Assembly: GCF_000150275.1 (NCBI RefSeq)
Contig: NW_002060944.1
Span: 3,138,152-3,202,151 of the forward strand
DNA length: 64,000 bases
Direction: 5' to 3'
DNA from: Trichoplax adhaerens
Taxonomy: Eukaryota > Animalia > Placozoa
Both the position numbers and the translations under genes were made by a program. The notes under the pieces were generated by a model. It did not search any database. It saw nothing but the letters and a program-made list of their open reading frames with translations, and had not been told where the DNA came from. Within the stretch, counting starts at the first letter, position 1; each line of letters starts with the position of its first letter. Shown piece by piece: positions 24,113 through 37,699 of the stretch.

Positions 24113-27100
24113 ATGGATAGTGTACCATTCAGTGTTGACAGTTCCAGTTCAAGTTCATATCATAGCGTACATGATATCAACGATAAAACGATGACTGGTA
24201 AGTTGGTAATTCGTCAAGTTAATTATCTGAAATTGTACAGTTCGTTTTGAAATAAAAGCTTTCTTGCCATAAAGACGATTTACTCACGTGTATAGCCATT
24301 AATTTGTCATGCATTATTTAATTCTTGGAACTAGATGCTGTTTCTAAACCACGTCCTGTAGCTAGTGGACGCGCAGGTAAGAAAAGGGCCAGACGTCGTA
24401 GATGGAGCCGCAAACCCAGGCGGACTCAAAAAGTTCCAACGGTGATGGTTAACCCAAGATTCAAGGATGTAGGGTGTCAATACAAACAGGACGAATTAGT
24501 TCAATCGAACAATAAATGGCAACTTGAAATCTCGAAGCACAATGGCTCAAATTTGTATCAAGATGATGACAATTTTTCGACGGTGTGTTTCTGCAATTAA
24601 TACGGTCTAATTACGATACTACCATATGCACAGCACAGTACAGATAGCTCCTTCTAGGATTTTTATGTATCTGCAGATTTAATCAGTAAATGTTTGTTCA
24701 TCGATTACTATTTAAAATATTTTGCCTTGTGTATATTTTACGTTAGAGAGAATTTTTATGTACTTGTAATGACATTATCAAGGTTGTGGACAGTAACGAA
24801 CGTACAACTCCTATTATTTGTGAGGCCTTACTAGGATCTGCTAATGTAAGTTTTGTCTTCTGTTTTTTATCATAGTAACTGTAATGGATATGTCATGTAT
24901 AGTACGGTAAATCCGCTTTAATCAAAGTTGTGATACGATGATTACCATAATTTGATGTTTCCAATGTAGATACGCTGTAATTCAGTTGCAGATTGTTCGG
25001 AAATGAAGCAAATTACACACTCCAAGACTGCATTTTTGTGCAAAGAACATAGGTAACTCTCACAATTACATTACGAAAGGGCCTTTCGAAGGATGGTCAT
25101 CAATATTGCCCTGTATATTGACATTGGATTGATAACAATATAACTAACACACTGTTTATTTATTATATGCTGCAGTGTTCTTCTTAAGAACCATAGATGT
25201 TGTCCTATCTGTGGAATATTTTGTCAATCGGTTAGCTAGCACTTTTAATATTATGTCTTATGAGTATTATCGGCTATTGTATTGTTGGAATAGAGTATAT
25301 ATGTATCTATTCCCTATAAGCGTACTAAATTGTTGAGATAATGGCCGTATTACGTAAATGTTACTGTATTTATGTAAGAAAAATAATATATACATATATA
25401 TCTAGGTCTGTACATCAAATAAGGTAGTTATTTTCTGATGTTTGTAGAGAGATTTCATCCACTGTAGCCGCGAAAAAAGTCATAGATTTCATCTGGTAAT
25501 AAAGAGATACGCCTAGGATTTCAGAATGTAACTGTATCTACATTTCGTTAGACACTCAATACAATTGTCGCTGTTTTTCGAAGGGCTGCGTAATGAACAC
25601 CAAATGTGACTTAAAATGCCCACATTGCGGTGAGGATTGCAAAATTGGACTAGGATTTAACGAGCAAAAGTTATTATCAGGTACCTCTTAAAAAAAATAA
25701 GGCCGTTAGAGCTTTACACCTCTGATTTATGCATTAAACACTTGATTCAAAAATTAGAAAATAGTTCTAATACCTTGTTTTACCTTTATAACACAGAAAA
25801 CGCCCTTGACACGAATACTAATGACACGAACAGTACTACGAGTTCTGGATTTTGTGAGACAATTTCTGGTTCTGTCTGCGAGAGCAACTCTAATTTATCA
25901 CAATGTATGTGAAAATACTATATAATTAGGCTTCACGCTATTAACTCTACTGTATTACGTGCAGCATAGGTAATTGGATTGGTCGTAGAAAAGGATTATG
26001 TAATTTTTGTATAACCGTTAAAAAAATTTTGATATTTGAAATATCAAAAACCTTATATGGTCTTAATATCTATTTTTATCCAGCAGTGTTTGACGAATGC
26101 TTTCCAAATAAGTTTAAGTTCAATAAAAGGTAGGGGCTCGTTGTTTTTATCGACTCAGTCTTACAGTAATTGTTTAAAATCTTTACGAGAAATTAATCGT
26201 GATAATTGATGGTACATAATTTATTGCAGTATGAAAAAATTCTTTAAATTTTTACACTTGAAATGCTTAGAAGAGGAAAACCCTACCGCCTGTCGTTACA
26301 GTTAAAAAAGAAGATTTTTGATGCTGCAGCTTCGGGAGATGCTGTTAGCCTAAAAAACTTGTTAGGTTGGTTCAGTTAACTTGTGTATTTCTTTTGCTGT
26401 ATTTTACGGAAATTGGACTATAAGATAGTTTACTGTTAACCGTAGAAATGGGTTATTACCCAAATTGTAAGAATAACGCTCAAACTACGCCGATGCATGT
26501 AGCAGCTAAGGCTGGCCATCTGTTATGTCTACGACTTTTATTGAGTGTAAGTGGAATGCATTGTAAGAGTTGTGAAAGTGTATTTTTGGAAATACTACTT
26601 ACCTTTGATAGCGTTTAGTTTTAATATGTGTTCTTCTTTTCATCAAGTTTGGCGGCGATGTTAATGCTGTTGATACACACCTTAGAACACCTTTAGTGAG
26701 TTTATTAAATTTCATTAAAGTTACATAGGTATTTATACGATTGCGTAACTCTCGGTCTACCCTAATCGATTCCGATAATTTTTTGTTATCTAGTATTTGG
26801 CGTGTCATGATAATCATCTGGATTGTGTCCAGTATTTGTATATGATGCAGGCCAACGCCAATCTTAAAGTTAGTTTAACTTCTCAATTTTAAAAGTTAAG
26901 ATGTATTTCATAGCTGACTTTTTTTATCAGGACCAATCAAGTTGTTCATGCCTGCATATTGCTGCAAATAACGGTAACCACGAAATCGTTGCATTTTTGT
27001 TGGAAAATAATTGTGTATCGGTAGACGAAATCGATAATGGCGGTTGGACAGCTATTGTGTGGGCGGCTGATAATGGATACGTGGATACAGTCCGATTGCT

Positions 27101-29607
27101 GCTAAAGTTCAATGCAAGCGTTGCTATGAAGGATTATGTATGGTCTTTCTATAACCTTAATTTACGTAGTCCTGAGCTTTTTACTAATAACTATTTGTGT
27201 ATATTTTAGGAAGGAAATATCTGTTTGCATTGGTGTGCAATGAATGGATCTGCGATGATCACGAGCATTGTATTAAATGCATATAGATCAGCGGTTAATT
27301 TACAGAATACGTTTGGAGACACCCCTTTGCACATTGCGGCTAGGCAAGGAAATCTAGCATGTGTAGAAGTATTACTAGCAGCAGGCAGTGACCAAACCAT
27401 TACTAACTTCAGGAATCTGAAGCCTTACGAGGTTAGCTTTATTAACACTTTAATAAATTGATTATATCTAGCAATCTGTGATCTGTTTCTTATTTACACT
27501 TCTCTTGTCTTTAAATAATTGTGAACTTCTGGAGTAGTGCACCAGAAAAGGCAGCGAAGTATATAAAGCCTTGTATATAAATCATTGTTCATCAGTTGTC
27601 TTAATTGGCACTGGGAGAAAAATTCTATCTGCGTAAGTCATCAAATGACTGAGTTCAAAATTAAGAAATATAGCAGTACAATAACTTCAAATGATCACCT
27701 TTGTGTCCCATACAATAATTGGTATTACAGGGATATATCTCGTGGTCGGGAGAGACTTCCGATTAGGTGTATTAATGAGGTTTGTCGGCGTACTTTTCTT
27801 AGTTAACTCGACTATAAAATTAAAGCTACAGTACTTTGCAAAAGTATCTTCCGTTTCAATTCACCTGCCACTGTTAGTTTATGTATATGTTATACTGTAT
27901 AGATAATCTTTAAATACAATCAACTAGATACTACTTATATTAAATCAATTGTGTCTATCTAAATTATGATATTTTGTAGATCGACGATTGTCCATTACCA
28001 GATGACTATCTTTATGTGATCGAAAACTGCGAAACATCGTATCAACGTTTAAGCCGCAGTATTAAATTGTTACAGGTTGTAATATAGTGCAATTTCATCA
28101 AGCTTTTGTACGATTACTAAACTTTGCCGTTTATCACTCTTATCTCAAATTTTAGTCGTGCAACTGTAAGGATGACTGTGCTAATAATGGTGTTTGTAGT
28201 TGTGGAAGTCGGACAAGCAAGGAAATGATTGCTTATACTAATGTACGGAAATAGTTGAAAAATATAAATTTTTAATCTCAATAATGGTGTCGTTATTAAT
28301 TAACTGACATTGAGTCATAGGTCTACTTTGTGATTGTGCATATTTTTAGATTCATTATTTATGGTATGCTTTGATTACTTTTTAGGAAGGGCGAATGAAG
28401 ACTGAGTTACTGTTTAGTGGTAGTCCAGTTATTTATGAATGTAATAAACAGTGTAGTTGCTGGATGAATTGTCGAAATAGAGTCATACAACATGGCATTA
28501 GGTCTGTAACCCCTTTTTTTCGTAGTTATTATTAGATTTTCGATGTTAGGCAACCGTATCATGATTAAGCGATATTAAAACTTTTTTCTATTGTAATACC
28601 TTAGAATCCCTTTGGAAGTATTTAGGACTAAAAGGAAAGGTAACGACTACTTCCAATTAAATTTGGTCATTTATACAATGTATCTTTCAGATTCATATTA
28701 TGTAAGCCATTTTAAGCGTAAAACTTGTGTAATATTTTTGTTACCTTTAGGATGGGGAGTCAAAACTATGGTTAATGTTCCTGCTGGAACATTTGTTTGC
28801 GAGTATGGATTTTTTACTTAAGCTTTCGGAGCCGGTTGATTTGTGGATATACATTGGAAAGTGTAGTTTTACTGTAATTATTCGTTAGATATGTAGGTGA
28901 AATTATTTCGGACGGCGAAGCAGAGAAGAGAACAGATGACGACAATTATATATTTGACTTAGATGTTAAGGTAAAAATGATGTATTCAGTTTTCCTAGTA
29001 AATTGGCTACTCGGCTGTTTTTTGCTATTTTACATTGTACTCATATTGATATCTTTATGCGTCATTTGGAGAGGCCTATTCATATTTAGTTAGTGTGATG
29101 GGGGGAAGATGGTTTGATTGTTGTAATTCTCATCCTAGGGTCGAACAGAAACTGATTTAAAATGTATTGACGCTCGTAAATATGGAAATGTCGGAAGATT
29201 TATTAATCATTCGTGTCATCCAAATTTGGTTCCTGTTCGAGTTTTTATTGACTACCAGGTATTTCGTAAATCATGTTGCAACACTTCTATGTATGTGCTC
29301 TTAACCCATCATTATGAATACGCGTATATATGTTTTAGGACAGAAGGTTTCCTAGATTCGCATTTTTTAGTTTGAGAGAATTAGACGCTAATGAAGAATT
29401 AAGGTTTGACCATACTGATAATAAAGTGATAGTATTTGTACTCTATATATTTATGCAATAAGGGGTCAATTAATAATCGGACTAACAGTTAATTTGATAT
29501 TTATGTGATAAATCCGATATAGCTTTGATTACGGCAAGAGGTTTTGGTCATTAAAGTGTAAAGAATTTCGTTGTTGTTGCGGTGAAGCAAATTGTCATTA
29601 TTGTTAG
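24113..29607 (+). CDS. EHMT1: Euchromatic histone H3K9 methyltransferase G9a/GLP (EHMT1/2) homologue: Cys-rich domain, ankyrin repeats, pre-SET/SET/post-SET; ~26 exons
   Basis: Cys-rich region '[26 protein letters not shown]....HRFH..C....CPHCGED'; ankyrins '[15 protein letters not shown]', 'EGNICLHW', '[11 protein letters not shown]'; pre-SET '[11 protein letters not shown]', '[22 protein letters not shown]'; SET 'GWGV', '[12 protein letters not shown]', '[15 protein letters not shown]', 'EEL.FDYG'; post-SET 'CCCGEANC'. Stop TAG at 29605-29607. A single EHMT1/EHMT2 co-orthologue is likely. Confidence 0.94.
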
Positions 29608-30932
29608 TATTCAGTAACAAAATACTGTTATATTGTAATTTGCTATATGCGATTTTTTTTATAAAATTTTGATTTATTTAATGTCGTTTTAAAATTTTAG
29701 ATTAAATTTTTTGTGTTACGCGAAAGTTACTAGTAAATCTGGAATTTGTAATCGAGCTGAGAAGAATCCAAAATGTTTCTAGCTGTGTATTGTTGAGCTG
29801 TTATTTAGTATTTGCAAGCAAAATTACATTCGGAAATAGATTCAAGTTTCTTCTTATTGACTTTGAATGTTTGACTAGTTTAGTTGCTTTCTGAAACCGA
29901 TGATTGTTTCTCATAATTTATTTGGACTTGTAAGCAATTATAGTTGTGTACATGACTGAAGGCTATATTTCGTCTTCTGATGTTTATTACAATTCCTGTA
30001 TTTGGTATTCGTACTACATTTTTACAATTCTACTTTTGCAAAGGTAATACGTGTACCAAGTCAGGCTTGACTGTCAGCAAGGACTCTGTCCTGTGATCTC
30101 CTCCATATTTTAAGTCTGTTTACTAACTTGATCAAAAAGAACTGTTTGATAACAAATTGTAACTTTTAGATTTCTGATCATTATAGACCAAAGAAAAATT
30201 GAATTTAGTGAAAACAAGAAATATAGATGTTGGTGATTTGCCAAAAAATTGACGATTTTATTTATTAACTAGTGCTGCCTGGCTTACAAAGTTATCACGG
30301 CTAATTAATTAGAATAGTAGCGCTTCTTAGAGAGTATTCATATTTTGCAGTAATTTACTGGTGCTCTATTTGAAGTAGCGAATGATATTAATTTCCGTTA
30401 CATTTTCTTTACTTTGTTAATGGCAATAAATCATTTATTTATTTCTGTCTCGAACAAGGAAACTGTCCATTACAGTGTTTTATGTAACACTATAACGCGA
30501 ACCTCTAAGTTGGCGTTTCATTTTACTTTAGACGATACGGTATGATTCTTCAGGCCAATCAAGTGACGTTTTTAGAATGCGTAACCATAGTATACTTTGT
30601 ATTATAGAAATCTGACAAACTTTTGATACGGTGTGCGATGGCTAACATTATACTGGGAATACGAGCACTATTTTGAAATTCCAGTTAGCACAAAGTACTG
30701 CAATGGCTCACTAATAAAATGTATTTAGCCTCAATTCAGAATAAAAGCATTAAGTGACATATTAGAGTCGGATATGAAGTATTTGCTGGTAGTGTAATGA
30801 GGTTATGCGTGATTTTTGTTGAGAAAATTCTACGGTAAAAGACTCAGTACTGCAGTACCCTAATAATATTATATAGCGCTAGATGAATGTTCATAACAAT
30901 AGGCCGTTGCCGGCAATTTTGTACAGTATTGG

Positions 30933-31022
30933 GTACTGTACAGAGGCCAGGTATATACTGTAAGTTGGTAATGTACTGTACAGAGGCCAGGTATATACTG
31001 TAAGTTGGTAATGTACTGTACA
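30933..31022 (+). repeat. 40-bp perfect tandem duplication in the ITPA promoter region
   Basis: GTACTGTACAGAGGCCAGGTATATACTGTAAGTTGGTAAT x2, followed by GTACTGTAC. Confidence 0.9.
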
Positions 31023-31241
31023 TATTGCCCGTAATAGTAATACGGAAACTATAGTGGGAAAGTAATATGTACATACTGTACGGTTTACAGAATATGACTT
31101 TGTGCTGTAGTGTAAATCCACGTTGTTGCTAAGAACTGTACAACTGCGAATCTGCGACTTATTTATTTATTACTTTAGATTTTGCCGCTGCAAAGGCAGT
31201 TGATGGTTCCCTACTCACCTGAAAACCGGATCTTCAAAATC

Positions 31242-33393
31242 ATGAGAGACTTAGTCTTTATAACTGGTAATGCTAAGAAATTAGAGGAGGTAAATAAATA
31301 ATTACTGTTATGCTTGATTAACGTACTCGTATAATAAGACAGCTCTGCGTTCGCATCCAGTACTACTTGATGCTGCATGGTTTTAGTGATGTTTGCAGAG
31401 AATAGCATTTTGCTTCATTGCATCTCGAAATAGCATGCTGTGGATAGGACATGATAGTTTACTCAAATGTTGTGTAGGCAAATTTTGACACCTTTAATTT
31501 CACCATAGCAAATATGATGATATCTGTATTTCGATCTCGAAATTACTGCATAAAAGTAAAAGTAGTTAAAGGGATTCTTTTGTGGCATATATTTCATAAA
31601 GACTTAGCAGATAATTGTTATTAATGATTAGCTGAACAAATCTTGAATACGCGTATATCGATGCCTAGCTGATCGTTGATATTGCATTGTCCTGAAGGTT
31701 GTAGCGATACTCGGGAACAGCGTTGGATGGAATTTTACTGCTAGAAAAATTGATTGTAAGCTGAATGATTATATATCAATATATAAGTAATAGTACTTCT
31801 ACTCGTAAGTAGGCCGCTGGATGAGAGTTGGAAAGCGGACGTGCAAACTGTTACATGAAGAAGCAACTATTAGTCAATTGTCGTTATAATTTTAAAACAC
31901 TTTTAAAGCCTTTTAATATTAGAGACTGTATTGTCAGAGTTGGCAGTTTGGCCTACTACTTGTATGATTATTTAATTCATGTTTCATAGAGTAAGATTTA
32001 GTAACCCAGTCCCATTTACCGTAGAACTTAAAATACGACTATACGAAATTCGAGCAATTACGTATTAACAATATTTATTTCGAATTTATGTCATCTTTCT
32101 TACCCTACTTTTACGATATGATTTACGACATTAGTGCCTGAATTCCAAGGCGAAAGCGATGAAATATCAAGAGAGAAATGCAAAGCAGCTGCTCAAATAG
32201 TAAGTGATACATGCAGTACATTTTTAAACTTGAATATGTAAACATTCGGAGCTCACTAAGCGCTTTGTATCTCGTCCAATAAAAACATAGTCTCAAACTA
32301 TATAATCTCTGTCTGTCTTACTGTTATAGTTTTGGAAATTGTCGTTGTTACTAAACTGCAATTCAACTGCAGCTAACCTATCTGTTTTCATTTTTCCTAC
32401 ATTGAGGTCAAAGGGCCAGTCATTGTTGAAGATACTTGTCTGTGTTTTAATGCATTAAAAGGTTTACCAGGACCTTACGTGTAAGTTAATGTTTACAACC
32501 ACTTTATAAAATCCTGTAAAAATTTACATTCAAATCAATTGACAATTCATTTACAGCAAGTGGTTTCTACAGAAAATAGGACCAGAAGGTATGATATCAT
32601 TACAGAACATATTATATTGTAAAACCCTTAAAACTGCATCAATCGTCTATCAATGATCAGGAAAGCAATTGCTATGGATCCTAGCCATTAAACGTTGTTC
32701 CTAATTAAAAACTAATTTTAGGTGTTCATGTATCCTATTAAAAGGAATAATCGAATTATTCTGTACTGTAATAGGATTACACCGGTTATTGGCCGATTGG
32801 GAAGATAAATCAGCTTATGCATTGTGCACGTTTGCTTACTCAAATGGTGATCCATCGCGAGACGTAATATTATTTCGCGGTCGAACCGATGTACGTTGTT
32901 CAAATTGCTGTTTCAATAGACGATAGTATCAGGTCAAAATTGATGAAGGTAATTTATAATTATTTACCTAAAATTAGGGTACAATAGTAAGCCCTAGAGG
33001 ATCTCGTGACTTTGGCTGGGATCCGATATTTCAGCCTACTGATTATAATCAGACGTGAGTAGTATATGGATGCAAACTTATGCCTGTTTCGATATACTTT
33101 ACTTTGTTTCTAGAATCTGAATTTAATGGGTGATAATTGATATACTGCAATAGCTTATAGCCAGCAATAGACTGGTCCATCATATTTTCATATCTTACTA
33201 TGTTTTATACGCTGCACTAATAACAATACTAGCTGAAGTTAACTATAATCAATTAAACTCTATTGAAATTGTCTCTCTTGCCCTCCATGCTAGGTATGCT
33301 GAGCTGCCTAAAGATGTAAAAAATAAAATATCTCATCGAAGCAAAGCAATCATGGCCATGGCGGAGTATTTTAAAAATACGACCAGAGAATAA
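31242..33393 (+). CDS. ITPA: Inosine triphosphate pyrophosphatase (HAM1 family), 8 exons: 31242-31289, 31698-31755, 32135-32199, 32407-32480, 32557-32588, 32775-32890, 32978-33054, 33294-33393
   Basis: Spliced translation [22 protein letters not shown]...[17 protein letters not shown]...[29 protein letters not shown]...[10 protein letters not shown]...FGWDPIFQP...[19 protein letters not shown]. All HAM1 motifs are present, including SHR. Confidence 0.97.
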
Positions 33394-34849
33394 CTTATTT
33401 CCATGTTGTAATGAACAAAATTAAATAAAATTGGTATACTGTAATCATAATTGACCCACCAATTTAATGTTTTTCCTTAAAATGTCACCCCTGCCAGCTT
33501 ATTAAAATATAGGACCGTGGATAGTAGGCTATCTAGATGTCTTAGTGGACAGGTTACAATACCAAACATGTTTTACTTAACAAATGTTATTTGGTGATCT
33601 CACTTCTCACCTGTATTTACTTATACCACCTGACTTTTGGGTTCTGCGAATTGTCAAGGAATTGCTTGTAGTAGGCCGCTGCTGTGAAATAATTAAATTA
33701 TTTGCAGTTATAAACACCGAATCATTCATTGGTAGTAATTGTGCTCCTAACTGTGTAAGCCGAATCTAATACTTGTGTCAAATCTTATCCAATGCAGCAG
33801 ACTCTCATTCTTTAATTACTCTACTTAGAGTTGTAGCTTTATCTCGTTACAAACTGGAACTAACTAGATTACGGTATTTGAAATAGCTAGACATCTTTCA
33901 TGTAATGTTTTTGTAAATGATTAACCACGAAAGAAGAAATGTTTGGAGGTACAAATATTATCTTAAATTATATCAAGTACGGTGCAATCCTGGAATGTCA
34001 AATTAATACAATTTTAAGCTACGTAGAAAATATAAAGCACTACTGTAGGTGTTAGCTATTTGCATGAATTACTGCAATGAGGAGAATTGATATTGTTCAT
34101 TTCATTTTAGGATCAAACTGCTATAAATATCTTGATTAATTTATAAGTCATTAAAGCGTTCAAAATCAAGATAATGGAATAAGTTAATCGAATGCTGGGT
34201 AACCTATTCTTAATAGCTAATAATATGTATCCGTCTCATGTTGTACTGTAGCAGGATACAAAATTTCGTTACCTTAAGGCTATTGTTGAAGTTAGACTTC
34301 TTGCTGTTAGAGAGGCAGAAAAATAAAATGAGACCACCCAAATCATGCTATGCTACTCGCCTAGGCTAACTTGTAGAAAGCCGATATTAGTCAAATATCG
34401 CACAAGCTAATGCTGTATTCTCGATTGGTTCAACGAATCAGAGTGGAAGTGAAGAAGATAGCGTTAGAAATTTTATACTACTAAAGGTAGCAACAATCTT
34501 TTAGCATATCTCGGTGTTGTTTTACAAGTACGCAATAGCATTCACAGCTACTGTATCGAGGCTATACGGCCTGAATAATTCCGTTAATGGCATGAAAAAA
34601 CATCGTTTTATTGGATCGTTATCATTCAATTCCTAAACGTAACTCTTGGATAATTATATGTATTAATTTTCAATCAATTTATAACCTATAATTTTATTTT
34701 TGAATCTGGGTCCATTACTATGTAATTCCATTAAATAAGGTAAGATTGTTTTTTCTTAGAATCAAGTTCACTTTTCCGCTTTTAATTAATCTCAAAACAA
34801 CTTTGTTCTCAGCGAATGTTGCCTGAGCATAAATAATTATATCCGTACT

Positions 34850-36910
34850 TACAGAAAGGCCCCTAATTCATTTCCTTCAGAACATTTTTCATCAATAATT
34901 TACACGTATAAACGAATTTCATGAAATTACCCTTAACATGTTACTCCATAATCTGTCAGATACTGTAATATTACAAAGAATGGCATGACCCAGACGGAAG
35001 CAATACAAAATTTTAAATAATTCCTGGATATCGACTAATAAAGTCTACATGAAATGTCTTCGAAGTAATTATGGACATAACTTGACAGTAATAAACTCTG
35101 TACTCTACTTCATGGACTTTTAGACATAGAAGTTCAAGCTTTTACTAAAAGAGAAGAGTAAAAAAGCACAGCATGATAGGTACTAATATAGCATAAGATT
35201 ACAATGCACCGATCTGAACACAATCCGAAATAACTAGCATGTACGAGTAATTAACGGATAGTATTTTGTGCACTAAAAATCTTTAAAGTGAAAGAAATTT
35301 TATGAGTGATAGATAGAACACTTGGAACACTCTGACCAGAGTGTTAGGGCACAATTATGGGCTGTTTTTTTGCCAATTTATGTGTATGATGTCTGCATAA
35401 ATGTTCAATTAACTGGTCACATCTAGGACGATTAACATGCACCATGTAAAAGTATGCGATTGGTCCAAGCAGGAATTATTATCGTACTCTTACTATGGCA
35501 ATAACTCTTTAAAACGCAAACTAGCAAAGTTATACTAGTATCTCAGGAATATATTCGACGTAGCTTGCTAGAACTGCGAACCCTAGTACTAGCATCGTTA
35601 ATAAGCACAAATGAGGTTATAAGCTTTTATTCCTTCGATATTGCTTCAAATATAAGCCCAATATATCTTACTGTAAACTTAATATTTTATTTAGTGAGAA
35701 AGGGTTCATTCTTGAGCACTTGGCCTAAATTTACAGTAGGAAAATCGTTGTTCACATCATTAATGGAAATAGCAAGGCAAGAGTTATAACTGCCAGTAAC
35801 TGAAAAGACAATAATGCGTTGTTCTCTTTTCACAAGTTAGAAATCATTTCTCCTCGGGATACGATAGCAGATATTACAGATACGAATAAATGAAGAACTG
35901 GTTCTTAGTAGTGGTATATAATATAGAAAATTTTATGTTACGGATCTAAATTGGTGAAATCTAAGTAGAGCAGTAGCTATGATGATTTATAACCATAATG
36001 AGGAGTTACTAATTCTGCAAAAGCTAATAATTCTCGAGTAATACAAAGTAGAAATAATCTTAAATTTTGATGCGCCATTCTCAACAAAGTATGAATAATT
36101 GATTAACGATTACCTTTGTAAATTAGCGTAAAGCGATTGCCTTAAATTCAGATTACTATTAGAAAAGCCCAAAAAAATCAATTAATGAAGCCATTGAGCA
36201 ATAGCATTTACGAAAAGATAGTTGCAATCAGGGACTAATAAGTCTACAGCAAAGTTTAAAGGGCTTACAAGATTATTTAAACAGTTAACAGCGGCAGCCT
36301 ACAATTCAGCTCGCTCCTAACTGTGCCTTGATATTAGTCTACATATGATAGTAAGTTTAGAACTGTTTCTAGAATAGATTAACAATTATAACCATAGCTA
36401 TTCGGAGGATGAATCATTTGGAGGCTGTAAAATTTAATCAACGATATCCAAAAGGAATCACATGATTTAATTAGCAGAATAAGAGCAAAATAAAATATAT
36501 GCATGTTGTTCTTTTATTAATGTAATATTTATAATGTTGCAAGACAAATGAAAATTTAAATATCTTGATAGTCTATCTGGATATTAGAATAATTTTTTTA
36601 CGAATACGTATGTATGTACGCACTGCATCTATAAAGAAGTGATGATGACTGATCAGTCCTTGAAAGCTTATATAATTTAATTTGCCATGTTTAAAAGAAT
36701 CCTACAATTCACCTAATAACCTAAGATGAGATCAAAATATTTACGGCATAGGTACCTGCTTAATATCATTATATAAATAATTAGTGCAATGCAAAATCGC
36801 AATTTTCGTTAGCAACTGTCAGCATTAACTGTAATCATTATTGACACCATGAAGAATAATCTGCTATAGACTTTTATCAAGCTTTTATCCTCAAAGTATC
36901 AAGTGTTTCA
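34850..36910 (+). pseudogene. Decayed NB-ARC (Apaf-1-like STAND) plus TPR gene
   Basis: Fragments in the expected order: 'PLIHFLQNIF' (Walker-B-like), 'GMTQTEAIQNFK*FLDID', winged-helix-like 'VRAQLWAVF..YDVCINVQLTGHI*DD...RLVQAGII...QEYIRR', then TPR-like 'NEAIEQ*', 'ARS*LCL', 'DDD*SVLESLYNL', 'SAIDFYQAF'. Heavily disrupted. Confidence 0.4.
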
Positions 36911-37699
36911 TAATTTCGATATAAATAGTACCACTTAAGCAAATCTTTTGATGATATTGGATAGAAATTTTGCAAGAAACTTAAAAATTCCTAAACAAAT
37001 TTTCAAGGCAAATAGCTCATGATTTAATCATGGAACTTTCAATTTTAAACATCACATCAGATGGTACACTGCCGCACCTCTTATAAATAAATCGATTTTT
37101 TCTCATTTATATTAATAAAATAATAGCGTAAGTTTTGACGTAATCTGTGACTCGGTTTGAAGAATCTATTAAGAGTCTCTTTCAGGCCATAATCTATTAT
37201 TAATAATTTAATGGATGGTCTGACAGAAAAGAATAATCTATGACTAGCAAGATGATTGCGCAGTTAACTTGTTATTTCTCATTAACAATAAAAAAAATTT
37301 TAAAACTCAATTTTTCTATTCAACATTTTAAATACTTCATCCATTACTCATTCTGTAATTATGTATTGGTAATTATCTATGATGTCTGGACAGTTTGAAA
37401 TGAAACTAATTACGTTATATTTTCTCATTTCGTCATAATTGAATAGAGTGGATTGCATTTGAGTCCACTGATTATCTCAAGAAATTATTCAACACAATTA
37501 ATCCACTAATATTAGCTTTAATACATATATTGTGCTTGAATACAGCAAGCATTATGACTTAAAAGGTATTATTTATTATATATCTACCATTAATCGTTCA
37601 GCAATTTACATTTATATATAAATTCTAAGACTATTTCATAACGGACAACTTTAATACTGTAATTCTATCATAATCGGAAAGTGATTATACCCATTACTT

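Noticed and set aside
30844-31121. Two overlapping minus ORFs with repeated YSTLPTYSIYLASVQY
   Set aside because: Translation artefact of the 40-bp tandem duplication and TACAGTA motifs in the ITPA promoter.
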